Below, one piece after another: positions 51,116-61,907 of a stretch of DNA of 64,000 nucleotides. The DNA comes from Heterodontus francisci (Eukaryota). The DNA lies in the NCBI RefSeq assembly GCF_036365525.1, contig NC_090387.1, positions 90,189,691-90,253,690 on the forward strand, written 5' to 3'. Numbering within the stretch: the stretch's first letter is position 1; every line of letters starts with the position of its first letter. Made by a program: the position numbers and the translations under genes. The notes under the pieces were generated by a model. The model was not told the DNA's origin, did no database searches, and was given only the letters and a program-made list of their open reading frames with translations.

Positions 51116-52837
51116 ATGCATTTACTTTGCATCAGTATTCAACAAGGAGGAGAACTTGGAGGATGATGAGCCTAGGGAAGGGAGTGCAGATAGTCTCAGT
51201 CATCTCATTATCAAAACGGAGGAGGTGTTGGGTGTCTTGCAAAGCATTAAGGTAGATAAATCCCCAGTACGTGATGGGATCTACCCTAGAATACTGAGGG
51301 AGGCGAGGGAAGGAATTGCTGGGGCCTTGACCGAAATCTTTGCATCCTCATTGGCTACAGGTGAGGTCCCAGAGGACTGGAGAATAGCCAATGTTATTCC
51401 TTTGTTTAAGAAGGGTGGTAAGGATAATCCAGGAAATTATAGGCCGGTGAGCCTTACGTCAGTGGTAGGGAAACGATTAGAGAGGATTCTTCGGGACAGG
51501 ATTTACTCCCATTTGGAAACAAACGAACTTATTAGCGAGACACAGCATGGTTTTGTGAAGGGGAGGTCGTGTCTTACTAATTTGATTGAGTTTTTTGAGG
51601 AAGTGACGAAGATGATTGATGAGGGAAGTGCGGTGGATGTTGTCTATATGGACTTTAGTAAAGCCTTTGACAAGGTCCCGCATGGCAGACTGGTGCAAAA
51701 GGTGAAGTCACACGGGATCAGAGGTGAGCTGGAAAGATGGATACAGAACTGGCTCAGTCACAGAAGACAGAGGGTAGCAGTGGATGGGTGTTTTTCTGAA
51801 TGGAGGGATGTGACTCGTGGTGTTCCGCAGGGATCAGTGCTGGGACCTTTGCTGTTTGTAGTATATATAAATGATTTGGAGGAAATTGTAGCTGGTCTGA
51901 TTAGTAAGTTTGCGGATGACACAAAGGTTGGTGGAGTTGCGGATAATGATGAGGATTGTCAGAGGATACAGCAGGATATAGATTGGTTGGAGACTTGGAC
52001 AGAGAAATGGCAGATGGAGTTTAATCCGGACAAATGTGAGATAATGCATTTTGGAAGGTCTAATGCAGGTGGGAGGTATACAGTAAATGGCAGAACCCTT
52101 AGGAGTATTGACAGGCAGAGAGATCTGGGCGTACAGGTTCACAGGTCACTGACAGTGGCAATGCAGGTGGATAAGGTAGTCAAGAAGGCATATGGCATGT
52201 TTGCCTTCATCAGTCGTAGCATAGAGTATAAAAATTGGCAAGTCATGTTGCAGCTGTCCAGAAACTTAGTTAGGCCACACTTCGAATATTGCGTGCAATT
52301 CTGTTCGCCACACTACCAGAAGGACGTGGAGGCTTTGGAGAGAGTACAGAGGAAGTTTACCAGGATGTTGCCTGGTCTGGAGGGCATTAGCTATGAGGAG
52401 AGGTTGGAAAAACTCGGATTGTTTTCACTGGAACGACGGAGGTGGAGGGGCGACATGATAGAGGTTCACAAAGTTATGAGCGGCATGGACAGAGTGGATA
52501 GTCAGAAGCTTTTTCCCAGGGTGGAAGAGTCAGTTACTAGGGGGACATAGGTTTAAGATGTGAGGGGCAAAGTGTAGAGGGGATGTGCAAGGCAAGTTTT
52601 TTACACAGAGGGTGGTGAGTGCCTGGAACTTGCTGCCAGGGGAGGTGGTGGAAGCAGATACGATAGCGACGTTTAAGAGACATCTTGACAAATATATGAA
52701 TAGGAAGGGATTGGAGGGATATGGGCCCCGGAGGTGCAGAAGGTGTTAGTTTAGGCCGGTATCAAGATCGGCGCAGGCTTGGAGGGCCGAATGGCCTGTT
52801 CCTGTGCTGTACTGTTCTTTGTTTTTTGTTCTTTGTT
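51116..52837 (+). mobile_element. CR1 LINE inserted in the host LINE RT
   Basis: CR1 RT motifs make up the last ~475 aa of ORF 50886-52550; (TTCTTTG)n tail; the host LINE resumes at ctcagatactgaagc. Confidence 0.9.
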
Positions 52838-53833
52838 CCTCAGATACTGAAGCAAGTGGCAAGTAACATTCACATCACAATAGTGACAGGCCATGATCAT
52901 CTCCAACAAGAGAGAATTTAACCATCTGCCCTTCACCTTCAACGGCATTATCATCACTGAATCATCCAATATCAACATCTCCTGGGGTGTTACCTTTGGC
53001 CAGACATTGAACTTGACCAGCCATATAAATACTATGGCTACCCGAGCAGGTCAGAGACTGGGAATTCTCTCTTGCATAACTCACCTCCTGACTCCCCAAA
53101 GCCTGTCCACCATCTTCAAGGCCCAAGTGTGATGGAATACTGTCCACTTGTCTGGATGTGTGCGGATCCAACAACACTCAAGAAGTTCCACACCATCCAG
53201 GAAAAATTAGTCTACTCGATCAGCATCCCACCTACCACCTGAAACATTCACTCCCTTCAGCACTGACGCACAGTGGCAGCAGTATGTAACAAAGACAAGA
53301 TGTACTGCAGCAACACACCAAGGCTCCTTCCACAGCACCTTCCAAACCAGTGACCTCTTCCACTTAGAAAGACAAGGGAAGCAGTTGCATGGGAACACCA
53401 CCAGCTGCAGGTTCCTCTCCAAACCACACACCATCCTGACTTTGAACTATATCCTTCCTTCACTATTGCTGGATCAAAACCTTGAATTCCCTCCCTAACA
53501 GAACTGTGGGTGTACCCATACCAGATGGACAGCAGCGGTTCAAGAAGATGGCACCACCACCTTCTCAAGGGTAATTAGAGATGGGTAACAAATGCTGGCC
53601 TTCCCAGCAATGCCCACATCCCATGAAAGAATAAAAATATTGTGAGCTTGCAATATATTCGTTTCTGGCGGATATACAACTGTTTTAGCAAAGGGACAAC
53701 AGAAACATTTTCTGAACCCATACACAGGATGTTACGCTTCTTTGAGGTGTTTGCCATACTCCGACCCTTCGGCGTTCTTACAAACCATCAGCCAGTTCAT
53801 GATCTGTCGGTCCGAGTGATCAAGTGATTCAGA

Positions 53834-53888
53834 ATGTTCGCGAGTGTTGTACTTCAGTGCCTCTCTGTTTTGGGGATCATTTTCACAG
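53834..53888 (+). CDS. IgSF VJ-C1 receptor gene, exon 1 (signal peptide)
   Basis: MFASVVLQCLSVLGIIFT plus phase-1 donor ACAG|GTAACA; in frame with exon 2. Confidence 0.82.
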
Positions 53889-54049
53889 GTAACAGTTCCC
53901 GCGATACCTTACTTTCTCATTAAATATGGTAGTTATTTAACTTTCCGTTGATATAAAATGTTTCATTTTCCTTTGTACATATTTCCTGATTCCCTTATTC
54001 TCGCGCTTTTCCTTCTGTAATACAATTTCATTATCATATTTTCCGATAG

Positions 54050-54370
54050 CTTGCGGCGAAACTTCAGTCAAAGTGAATCAGTACCCTGAGAGTAGGAGCA
54101 TAAACCTGGGAAGAAATGTTTCCTTTCGCTGCACGCTTCCCATGTTTCAAGACGGCCCACCTGTGAATGTCTACTGGTGGAAGGAGGGTGATAATCAATA
54201 TCTAAACACAGGACAGGATGACAGAAAATTAATTAGCGTTAAGACTGGATTCAAAGCCGTTCTTTGGATAATCAATGTGAGTGTACAAGACGCAGGAGTA
54301 TACTATTGTACTGTCACTCATCGAGGCAAAATCGTTGGAAACGGAACGGGATCCAATTTAGTTGTAACGG
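54050..54370 (+). CDS. Exon 2: V-set Ig domain with germline-joined J-like G strand
   Basis: Acceptor ..tttccgatag. VNQYP..VSFRC..VYWWK..LWIINVSVQDAGVYYC..GNGTGSNLVVT. Donor G|GTAAGT, phase 1. Confidence 0.93.
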
Positions 54371-55143
54371 GTAAGTATAAAAACAACGAATGAGATCCCT
54401 GTAACTGTAATATTTCACAATTCGGAACATTTATTGACTGTGCTTCGAAGGATTCACATCCATTGTTTTAGCATGCATACATTCAAATTGCACCTGTGAC
54501 GGCTGCAGTTATTTTCTGATATGAATCACAATATTTCAGCAATATTGATCAAAACAAGGATTATCACTTATTTGTTTGATTCCCAAAATATACAGGAAAC
54601 GGTATGCCGCAAACTATTGAATTAAAATTGCAGTATCATTTACGGAGGTGTATATCTCGACAGTGTTAGATACAAGCGCGGATCTGCCGCTCTGAGCACA
54701 GATATTGCCCTATTTGAGATTTATTTTGCCTCCGTTACGCGAGACTGACTGTTTCTATCTGGATTCAGATTTCCGTAGCTCTAATTTAATAATCTATATG
54801 TCAGGATCTTTGAAAGGGCATATTACTGACAGTTAAATTTTACATTCTGTAGCTTGAGCCTCCCATCCCATTTTTCTTCATGATTTTCACCTGTAAATAA
54901 GGTATCATCCTGGACCTTGGCGCCAGTGTCCCTCTAGTTTGATAAATTATATTTTCTCATCAGTTCTTATGTTCAACAGAGTTCGCAGCGGTACCGCGAA
55001 ACAGGGGAGCAACGCAAATTACATCCCGCTCAATTTTCTTTCCCATTCGAATAGAAAATTGGAAGAGCTGTGAAACGGGCGACCCACTCGGTATCATCCG
55101 TTTTTTCTTGCCCGGCGGTAACATTGCAATTACCGCCGAAATA

Positions 55144-55498
55144 GGGGCGGCACAGTGGCGCAGTGGTTCGCACCGCAGCCTCACAGCTCCAGGGATCCGG
55201 GTTCGATTCCGGGTACTGCCTGTGTGGAGTTTGCAAGTTCTCCCTGTGTCTGCGTGGGTTTTCTCCGGGTGCTCCGGTTTCCTCCCACAAGCCAAAAGAC
55301 TTGCAGGTTGATAGGTAAATTGGCCATTATAAATTGTCACTAGTATAGGTAGGTGGTAGGGAAATATAGGGACAGGTGGGGATGTTTGGTAGGAATATGG
55401 GATTCGTGTAGGATTGGTATAAATGGGTGGTTGATGTTCGGCACAGACTCGGTGGGCCGAAGGGCCTGATTCAGTGCTGTATCTCTAAATAAATAAAT
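55144..55498 (+). mobile_element. HE1-type V-SINE in intron 2
   Basis: Full head, core and tail, ending (TAAA)n. Confidence 0.88.
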
Positions 55499-55938
55499 AT
55501 AAGGCAATATTGGAGCAAATGACCAAAAGCTTGATCAAAAGAGGTAAGTTTTAAGGAATGGCTGAACGGAAGAAAGTGAGGAACGATGTGGAAAGGTTTA
55601 GGGATGGAATTTCAGAGTTGGAGCCCAGGCAGTTGAAGGCACGGTAACCAATGGTGGAGTGAGTAAAAACAGTGCTGTATCTCTAATCTAATCTAAAAAC
55701 TTGTGAAAATCTGTTTGCGATGCAACTACTGACAGCGCAAAGTGAACATCAATGCAGTGTCACAAAGACTCACCCTCTACCCCCACATCCCCTCCCGCCA
55801 CCCCCCAGCCCCGACCCCCCTCCGCCCACCGCCACGACCGCGACCTCCTCCAACGTGTAGTTAGAAATGGGCTGAAACAAAACGTCCGTGAACCTTGATT
55901 GATGTCCTATTACGTTATTTTCCTCCATTTTCTTTTAG

Positions 55939-56247
55939 TTCCGCCAACTCCAGTGAAAATTAAATATCAGCAACCTGAGGATTCATCTGTTTCTCTAACT
56001 GTTGCGTGCGTGACATCTCCCTTTTATCCAGAGAGTATCAGCTTCACTTGGTATAAGGATGGCAACAAAACTACAACTGGGATAAGTAACGTTGTTGAAC
56101 CCAACACCGACGGACTATATGAAGCCTCCAGCCGCTTGCAAGAGACGCAGTTTGTCCCGCCCGGAACTGTTTATATCTGCCTGGTCTCTCACAGTAGCCT
56201 CCAAATTTCAGCCATGGCCATTTACGTTGTCATCTATCACAGCACAG
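55939..56247 (+). CDS. Exon 3: C1-set Ig domain
   Basis: Acceptor ttttcttttag. VPPTP..TVACVTSPFYPESISFTWYKDG..NTDGLYEASSRL..YICLVSHSSL. Donor CAG|GTGAGA, phase 1. Confidence 0.93.
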
Positions 56248-56279
56248 GTGAGATTTCAGATAAAATCGGAGAATTGTAC

Positions 56280-57340
56280 ATTATCGAAAGAGGTCATTTG
56301 GCCTGGCGTGCCTGTGCGGCCTCTTTGAAAGAGCTGTCCAGTTTAGTCCCCATAACTCTGCAGATTAAACCCCTTCAAGTAACATGTCCAATTGCCTTTT
56401 GAAAATTCCTGTATAAATTGCTTCCAACAATCTTTCAGCTCGTGTATTCTGCATCTCAACACCCCCGTGAGAAAAGAATTCCCCTCAAAAACCGTCTCGT
56501 CCTTTTGCCAATAGTTTTAAACCTATGACTTTCGGCTATCGACCCATTTCTTCAGAGGAATGTTTCTTCCTACTTGATTCATTAAAACCCTTCATAATTT
56601 TGAATATTTCTCTTAGGTATCCCCTTAATTTTCTGTGTTCTAATGAGAGCATTCCTAGCTTCGCCAATATCTCCACGTGGCTGAAGGCTCTCCTCCTTGT
56701 TACAGCCAGTAAATCTCGTCTGTATTCTCTGCAAGACCTTGACATTCTTTTAAAATGCGGTGCCCAGCATTGTGCACAATAATCTAACTGAGAACTAACT
56801 GGAGATGTGTAAACTTTAGCATGGCTTCCATGTTTTTGCATCCAATGCCTCTATTCAGAAAACTAATTACCGCACAAGGTTCCTTGACCGACGTATTAAC
56901 TTGCTCTGCCACCTTCAAAGATGTGTAGATATGCACCCCGAGCTTCTCCTGATTTAGTATGCCCCTCAAAATGTCACTATTTCCATTATACTACCTCTCC
57001 ATATTGTTTCACCCAAAGTGCACACTTCAGACTTATCCACATTGAATTGCACTTACCATTCGTCTGCCCATTTCCTCACTGTATTTTCTCCTAAAGTCTG
57101 CTACTACCCTTCTCACCATTTACTACGTTACTAATTTTCCATCATTAACATTCTTGAAATTGTACTCCCTATATCACGTCCCGGTAATTTATGCATATCA
57201 GGTAAAGTATTAGCCCTGATACTGATCCCTGAGGGAATCCCACTGCATATTTCTCTCCTGTCAAAAATCTACTCTCTGCCACCTATCACTTAGCAAATTG
57301 CATACCCAAGGTACCTCGGTGCATTAAATCCAATATGTCA
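56280..57340 (-). mobile_element. Old CR1 fragment in intron 3
   Basis: ORF 56536-56841 has QLDYCAQCWAPHFK..LAKLGMLSLEHRKLRG. Confidence 0.75.
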
Positions 57341-57399
57341 TAGCTCAACATTCTTTTGTTCCATAAAATTGTACCTTAATACAAAAATATTAAATAAAC

Positions 57400-57850
57400 A
57401 TTTGCATTTATTTCACGTTTTGCACGACCACTGGACATCTCAAAGTGTTTTCCTGCCAATGAAGTATTTATGATGTATAGTCGCCGTTGTAATGTAAAAA
57501 AAACGCGATAGCCAATTTGCACACAAGCTCCCATAAACAGCAATTTGATAATGAACAGATAATTTGTTTAATGATGTCGATTGAGGGATAAATATTGGCG
57601 AGCACACCAAGGATAACTCCCCTGCTCTTCTTTGAAATAGTACCATGGGCTTTTTTACATCCACTTGAGAAGGGATTTTTAACATCACATCTGTAGGACA
57701 GCACCTCCAAAAGTGCAGCAGTGCAGCGCTCCCTCAGTACTACATTGGACTGTCAGCCTTAATTTTGGTGCTCAAGCCCTAAAGTAGAACTTGAACCCAG
57801 AACCTTACAACTCAGCGGCAAGAGTGCTACCAACCATGCTACCATGGTTG
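57400..57850 (-). mobile_element. DeuSINE (SacSINE-like) in intron 3
   Basis: Deu-domain-like core ctcccctgctcttc..gaaatagtaccatggg..cagcgctccctcagtact. Confidence 0.7.
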
Positions 57851-57965
57851 ATGTCAATCGCAACAACTGACTGAAAAACATTCGAATTATCTATTTTCAG
57901 GGAATTGTCTTATTGAATTGAACAGCATACAGTTTCGATTTATATGTTTAATTTACATCTTGTAG

Positions 57966-58076
57966 GTGGTGATGTCACCCGTTACTTGCTGATTTCTGCA
58001 TCTGCAGGGGGTGTGTTCGTATTATTGGTGCTCAGCCTCGTCATTGTGAAGCCATGTGTCTCAAAGAAAAACAACG
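57966..58076 (+). CDS. Exon 4: transmembrane segment
   Basis: Acceptor catcttgtag. GGDVTRYLLISASAGGVFVLLVLSLVIVKPCVSKKNN. Donor G|GTAAAA, phase 1 at both ends. Confidence 0.85.
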
Positions 58077-58304
58077 GTAAAAAATAATTCAGGTTTTTTT
58101 TTACTAACGTTAACACAAATTTCAAAGAGACAATAGTTAGCCTGTCCCACAGGAACAAAGGTGATTGCTGAACACAGATGTTTTCCTGGGATTGAAAATA
58201 AATGAGACTCTACACAGGCACGCCAGGGTACCATTGTAGGGGTAGATTCAAATTTCTGAAATAGAGTGGAATATTCCAAGGTCTCCAGTGACTGACGGAG
58301 ATTC

Positions 58305-59083
58305 GTGGTGGAATTGTATGGGTTTGCTAATGACTGGAATGGAGGCGGGGGCCATTAAATATCGACGGAAGGCTGTGGGTGGACTGCCCCTCACCTTCCC
58401 ATCGCCATGCGATTTTTTGGGGCAGGAAAGGCCTTCCCAACCAAAGGCCAATTGAAGCCAGTAAGTGCCCAATTAACAGCCAATTAACAGCCAATTAAAG
58501 GCCATTTCCCAACGCCACTGGTATTCTACCAGAGGTTGGGGGGGGGGGGGGGGTGCCACAAAATGGGAAGATCCCAGTAAAACAAGATGACCTCCCTGCA
58601 GTCTTTGGGGGACCCTCCTCTGTGGGCAATCTGTAGCTCACAGAGCGTCCCCAGTGGGAAAGGTCACCCATCCATGAACAGCCCTCTCCCCTCTCCACCC
58701 GCCCCCCCCCCCCCCCCCCCACACACACACCCCCTTCTCTTCCCCTCGCCAGTACCTGCCGGACTAGCCCTGGAGACCCTACCACTCTGACTGGGGCCTT
58801 GGTCTCCAGCAATCAGCCGCTTGTCGTACCAGCAGTGGTCACTGCTCCTAGTGGTGATGCCAGCACTACTGAGCTGCCGGCCCTCTGATTGGCTGATAGA
58901 TCTTGGGGGTGGATCCCGATCCTGAAAGGGACGGGAGCCACGGCCCAGGCAGTTAATTGCCTGAGTGTCCTTAAATAGAGACAGAGGGCGGGGGGGGGGG
59001 TGGTCTCCAAAGGGCTGAGGCGAGGTTCCGCTCTCCTTTTAGGCCTGGCGTCGGGACCCCAACCGGCTCCATGAAATTTAGCC
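58305..59083. mobile_element. GC-rich non-autonomous DNA element (Harbinger-type MITE-like) in intron 4
   Basis: GC-rich insert with C/G homopolymers, ending gaaatttagccc. Termini are degenerate. Confidence 0.4.
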
Positions 59084-59366
59084 CTCGGACTCAATGGCTG
59101 CTTTGTTGAAAAATCTCCTTCCGCCATTCGGGCAATGAACGTAAAATTTTGGGTCGTGCCAGTGCGACATTTCAATCAGACTCGCGCTACCTAACTGGCA
59201 TCTGAACAATCTTGCTTCTATTGTCAAAAGTGATCATAAACCAAGCAATTCTGAACAACAAATGTGGTATCTAGGTCCTGTCATAGTTTACGTTGAATCT
59301 ACCGGAAGTGTCTTTCTAAGCCGAGTATATATTAAATGTAACGTCTTAAACTTCACTCGTCAACAG

Positions 59367-59410
59367 GAGTGCGGAACGATGGTGAAAGATCCAACTCTCC
59401 TAAACAGCAG
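59367..59410 (+). CDS. Exon 5: cytoplasmic
   Basis: Acceptor cactcgtcaacag. GVRNDGERSNSPKQQ. Donor CAG|GTAGGT; phase 1 to phase 0. Confidence 0.7.
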
Positions 59411-59519
59411 GTAGGTTTTCATAATTCGTACTAATGTATTTCAAATGTAAATAAATTCATAACGGAGTTGTACTCTATTAAATTCAATAATTGATTACGT
59501 TTAATTCCCTGCTGCACAG

Positions 59520-59564
59520 ATTCATGCTGAATTCAGCGCTTATGCAACAGACAGTTCTATGTAG
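59520..59564 (+). CDS. Exon 6 candidate: IHAEFSAYATDSSM* (gives a 294 aa protein if terminal)
   Basis: Acceptor ttccctgctgcacag, phase 0; stop at 59562-59564 at the edge of a CR1 insertion. Confidence 0.5.
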   Translation: MHAEFSAYATDSSM

Positions 59565-61907
59565 CAGATAACTAGTAAAAGGGTGGTAAAAGGACGAGTG
59601 GGGCCGCTTCTCTTAAAGGGAATTTATACACGGAGGCAGAGAGCATCGCTGAGGTACTAAATGAGTAGTTTGCATCTGTCTTTACCAAGGAAGAAGTTGC
59701 TCCCAAAGTCATGGTGAAAGAGGAGGTTGTTGAGACACTGGAGGGGCTAAAATTGACAAAGAGGAGGTATTAGATAGACTGGCAGTACTTTAAGTTGATA
59801 CGTCACCAGGACTGGATGAGATGCATCTAAGGATATTTAGAGAAGTAAGAGTGAAAATTGCAGATGCACTGGCCATAATCTTCCAATCCTCCTGAGATAC
59901 AGGTGTGGTGACAGAGAATTGGAAATGGTACACTATTGTTCAAAAATGTGTGTAAGGACAAGCCCATTAACTACAGGCCAGTCAGTTTAACCTCAGTGGT
60001 GGGAAATCTTTCAGAAACGATAATTCAGTGCAAAATTAAGAAACACTTGGGCAAATGTAGATTAAGCAAGTAAAGCCAGCATGGATTTGTTAAAAACAAA
60101 TCGTGTACAACTAACTTGCCTTGAGTTTTTTGATGAGGCAACAGAGAGGGTTGATGAGGGTAATGCAACTGATGTGCTGTACATGGACTTTCAAAAGGGC
60201 TTTGATCAAGTGCGACGTAACAGGCTTGTCAACAAAGTTAGAGCCGATGAAATAAATGGGACAGTGGCAACAAGGATACGAGATTCACTGAGTGACAGAA
60301 AGCAGAGAATAGTTGTGAACGGTTGTTTTTTGGATTGGAAGAAGGCATATAGTGGGATTCCCCCAGGAGTTGGGACCTCTGCATTTCTTGATACATATTA
60401 ATGACCTAGACTTGGTTGTACAAGGCACAATTTCAAAATTTGCAGATGACACAAAACTTGGAAGCATTGTGAACTGTGAGGAGGATAGTGATAAACTTCA
60501 AGAGGACCTAGCCAAGCTGGTGTTTTGTGTGGACAAGTGGCATATAAAATTTGATGCAGAAAAGTATGAAGTGATTCATTTTGGTAGGAAGAACGAGGAG
60601 AGGCAATTATAAATTAAATGTTACAATACTCAAGGGGGTGCAGGCTCAGATGAACCTGGGGGTTACATGTGCACAAATCATTGAAGGTTGTAGGGCAGGT
60701 TGAGAAATTGGTTAATAAAGCATATGGATCCTGGGCTTCATAAATAGGGGCACAGAGTGCAAAACAAGGAAGTTGTGATAAACCTGTATAAAACACCCCT
60801 GTTTGGCCTCAACTTGAATATTGTGTCTAGTTCTGGGCACTACACTTCTGGAAGGATGTGAAGGCATTAGAGAGAATACAGAAACAATCACGAGAATGGT
60901 TCCAAGGATGAGGACCTTCAATTATGTGGATAGGTTAGCGAAGCTGAGTCTGTTCTCCTTGGGGAAGAGAAGATTAAGAGGAAATATGAAAGAGAAGTTC
61001 AAAATCATAAGGCCTCTGGACAGAGTAGATAGGGAGAAACAGTATCTGTTGGCTGAATAATCCAGAGCCAGAGGACACTGATTTAAGGTGATGGGCAAAA
61101 AAGCAACAGTGACAGCAAGTAGGATTTGGAATATACTGACTGAGGGTATGATGGATGCCGCTTCAGTCGAGGCTTTCAAAAGAGCACTGGATAATTATCT
61201 GAAGCGAAAAAAAGTGCAAGGCTGCAGGGAAAAGGGAGAGGAGCAAGACAAGGTGAGCTTCAGGAAGGATGTGAGGGTCCTTCAAACAGTGCAGAGATTT
61301 ACCAGAATGGTGCCAGGGATGGGGGATTTTAGTTGCAAGGCTAGGTTGGAAAACCTGGGTTTGTTCCCCTTAGAACAGAGAGTGAGGGCAGATTTAATAG
61401 AGATGTACAGGATTATGACAGGCTTAGATATTTTAGACAAGGAAAAAAACTGATGAAGAGTCATTCACCTGAAACATTAACTCTGCTTCTCTCGCTACAG
61501 ATGTTGCCAGGCCTGCTGAGTATTTCCAGCATTTCTTGTTTTTATTTCAGATTTCCAGCATCTGCAATATTTTGCTTTTATATTATGTTCCCATGAGAAA
61601 ATGGTACAAGGACTAGGGGACACTGATTGAAAGTATTGGGCAAGAGATGTAGGAGGAATATGAGGAAGCAACTTTTTAGTAAGTAGCCGGTGGTAATGAC
61701 TTGGAACTCGCTGCCCACAAGGGTGGTCTAAGTAGAGATGATCAATGACTTCAAGAGGACGTTGGATGACCACTTGAAGGAAATGGACTTGCAGGGCTAT
61801 GGGGGTCGAGCCGGGGAGTGGGACTGACTGCATAGCTCCGTGAAGGGCCAGCATGGACTCGATAGACCGAATGGCCTCCTTCTGTGCCGTAAATGATTCT
61901 ATGATTC
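59555..61907 (+). mobile_element. Degenerate CR1 LINE(s), with a Penelope-terminus insert at about 61450-61580
   Basis: RT motifs in ORFs 60081-60401, 60352-60612, 60821-61060 and 61088-61453; tail ATGATTCTATGATTC. Confidence 0.85.

Larger units (their letters stand above)
37330..53637 (+). mobile_element. CR1/L2-superfamily LINE, split by the ERV (pieces 37330-37921 and 49799-53637) and by a CR1
   Basis: ORF 37329-37727 has an APE start (LLTNIWRL..QQPDIVILSESYL). The sequence resumes colinearly at 49799. RT motifs in 50544-51110; 3' tail gatgggtaacaaatgctggcc..cccacatcccatgaaagaataaaa. Confidence 0.8.

Noticed and set aside
54300-54420. Rearranging TCR/Ig V segment
   Set aside because: The J-like strand and splice donor are in the same exon, and no CACAGTG-spacer-nonamer RSS follows the YYC.
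55144-55165. CACAGTG heptamer between the V and C1 exons as an RSS
   Set aside because: It lies in the HE1 SINE head (GGCGGCACAGTGG), is present in every SINE copy, and has no nonamer.
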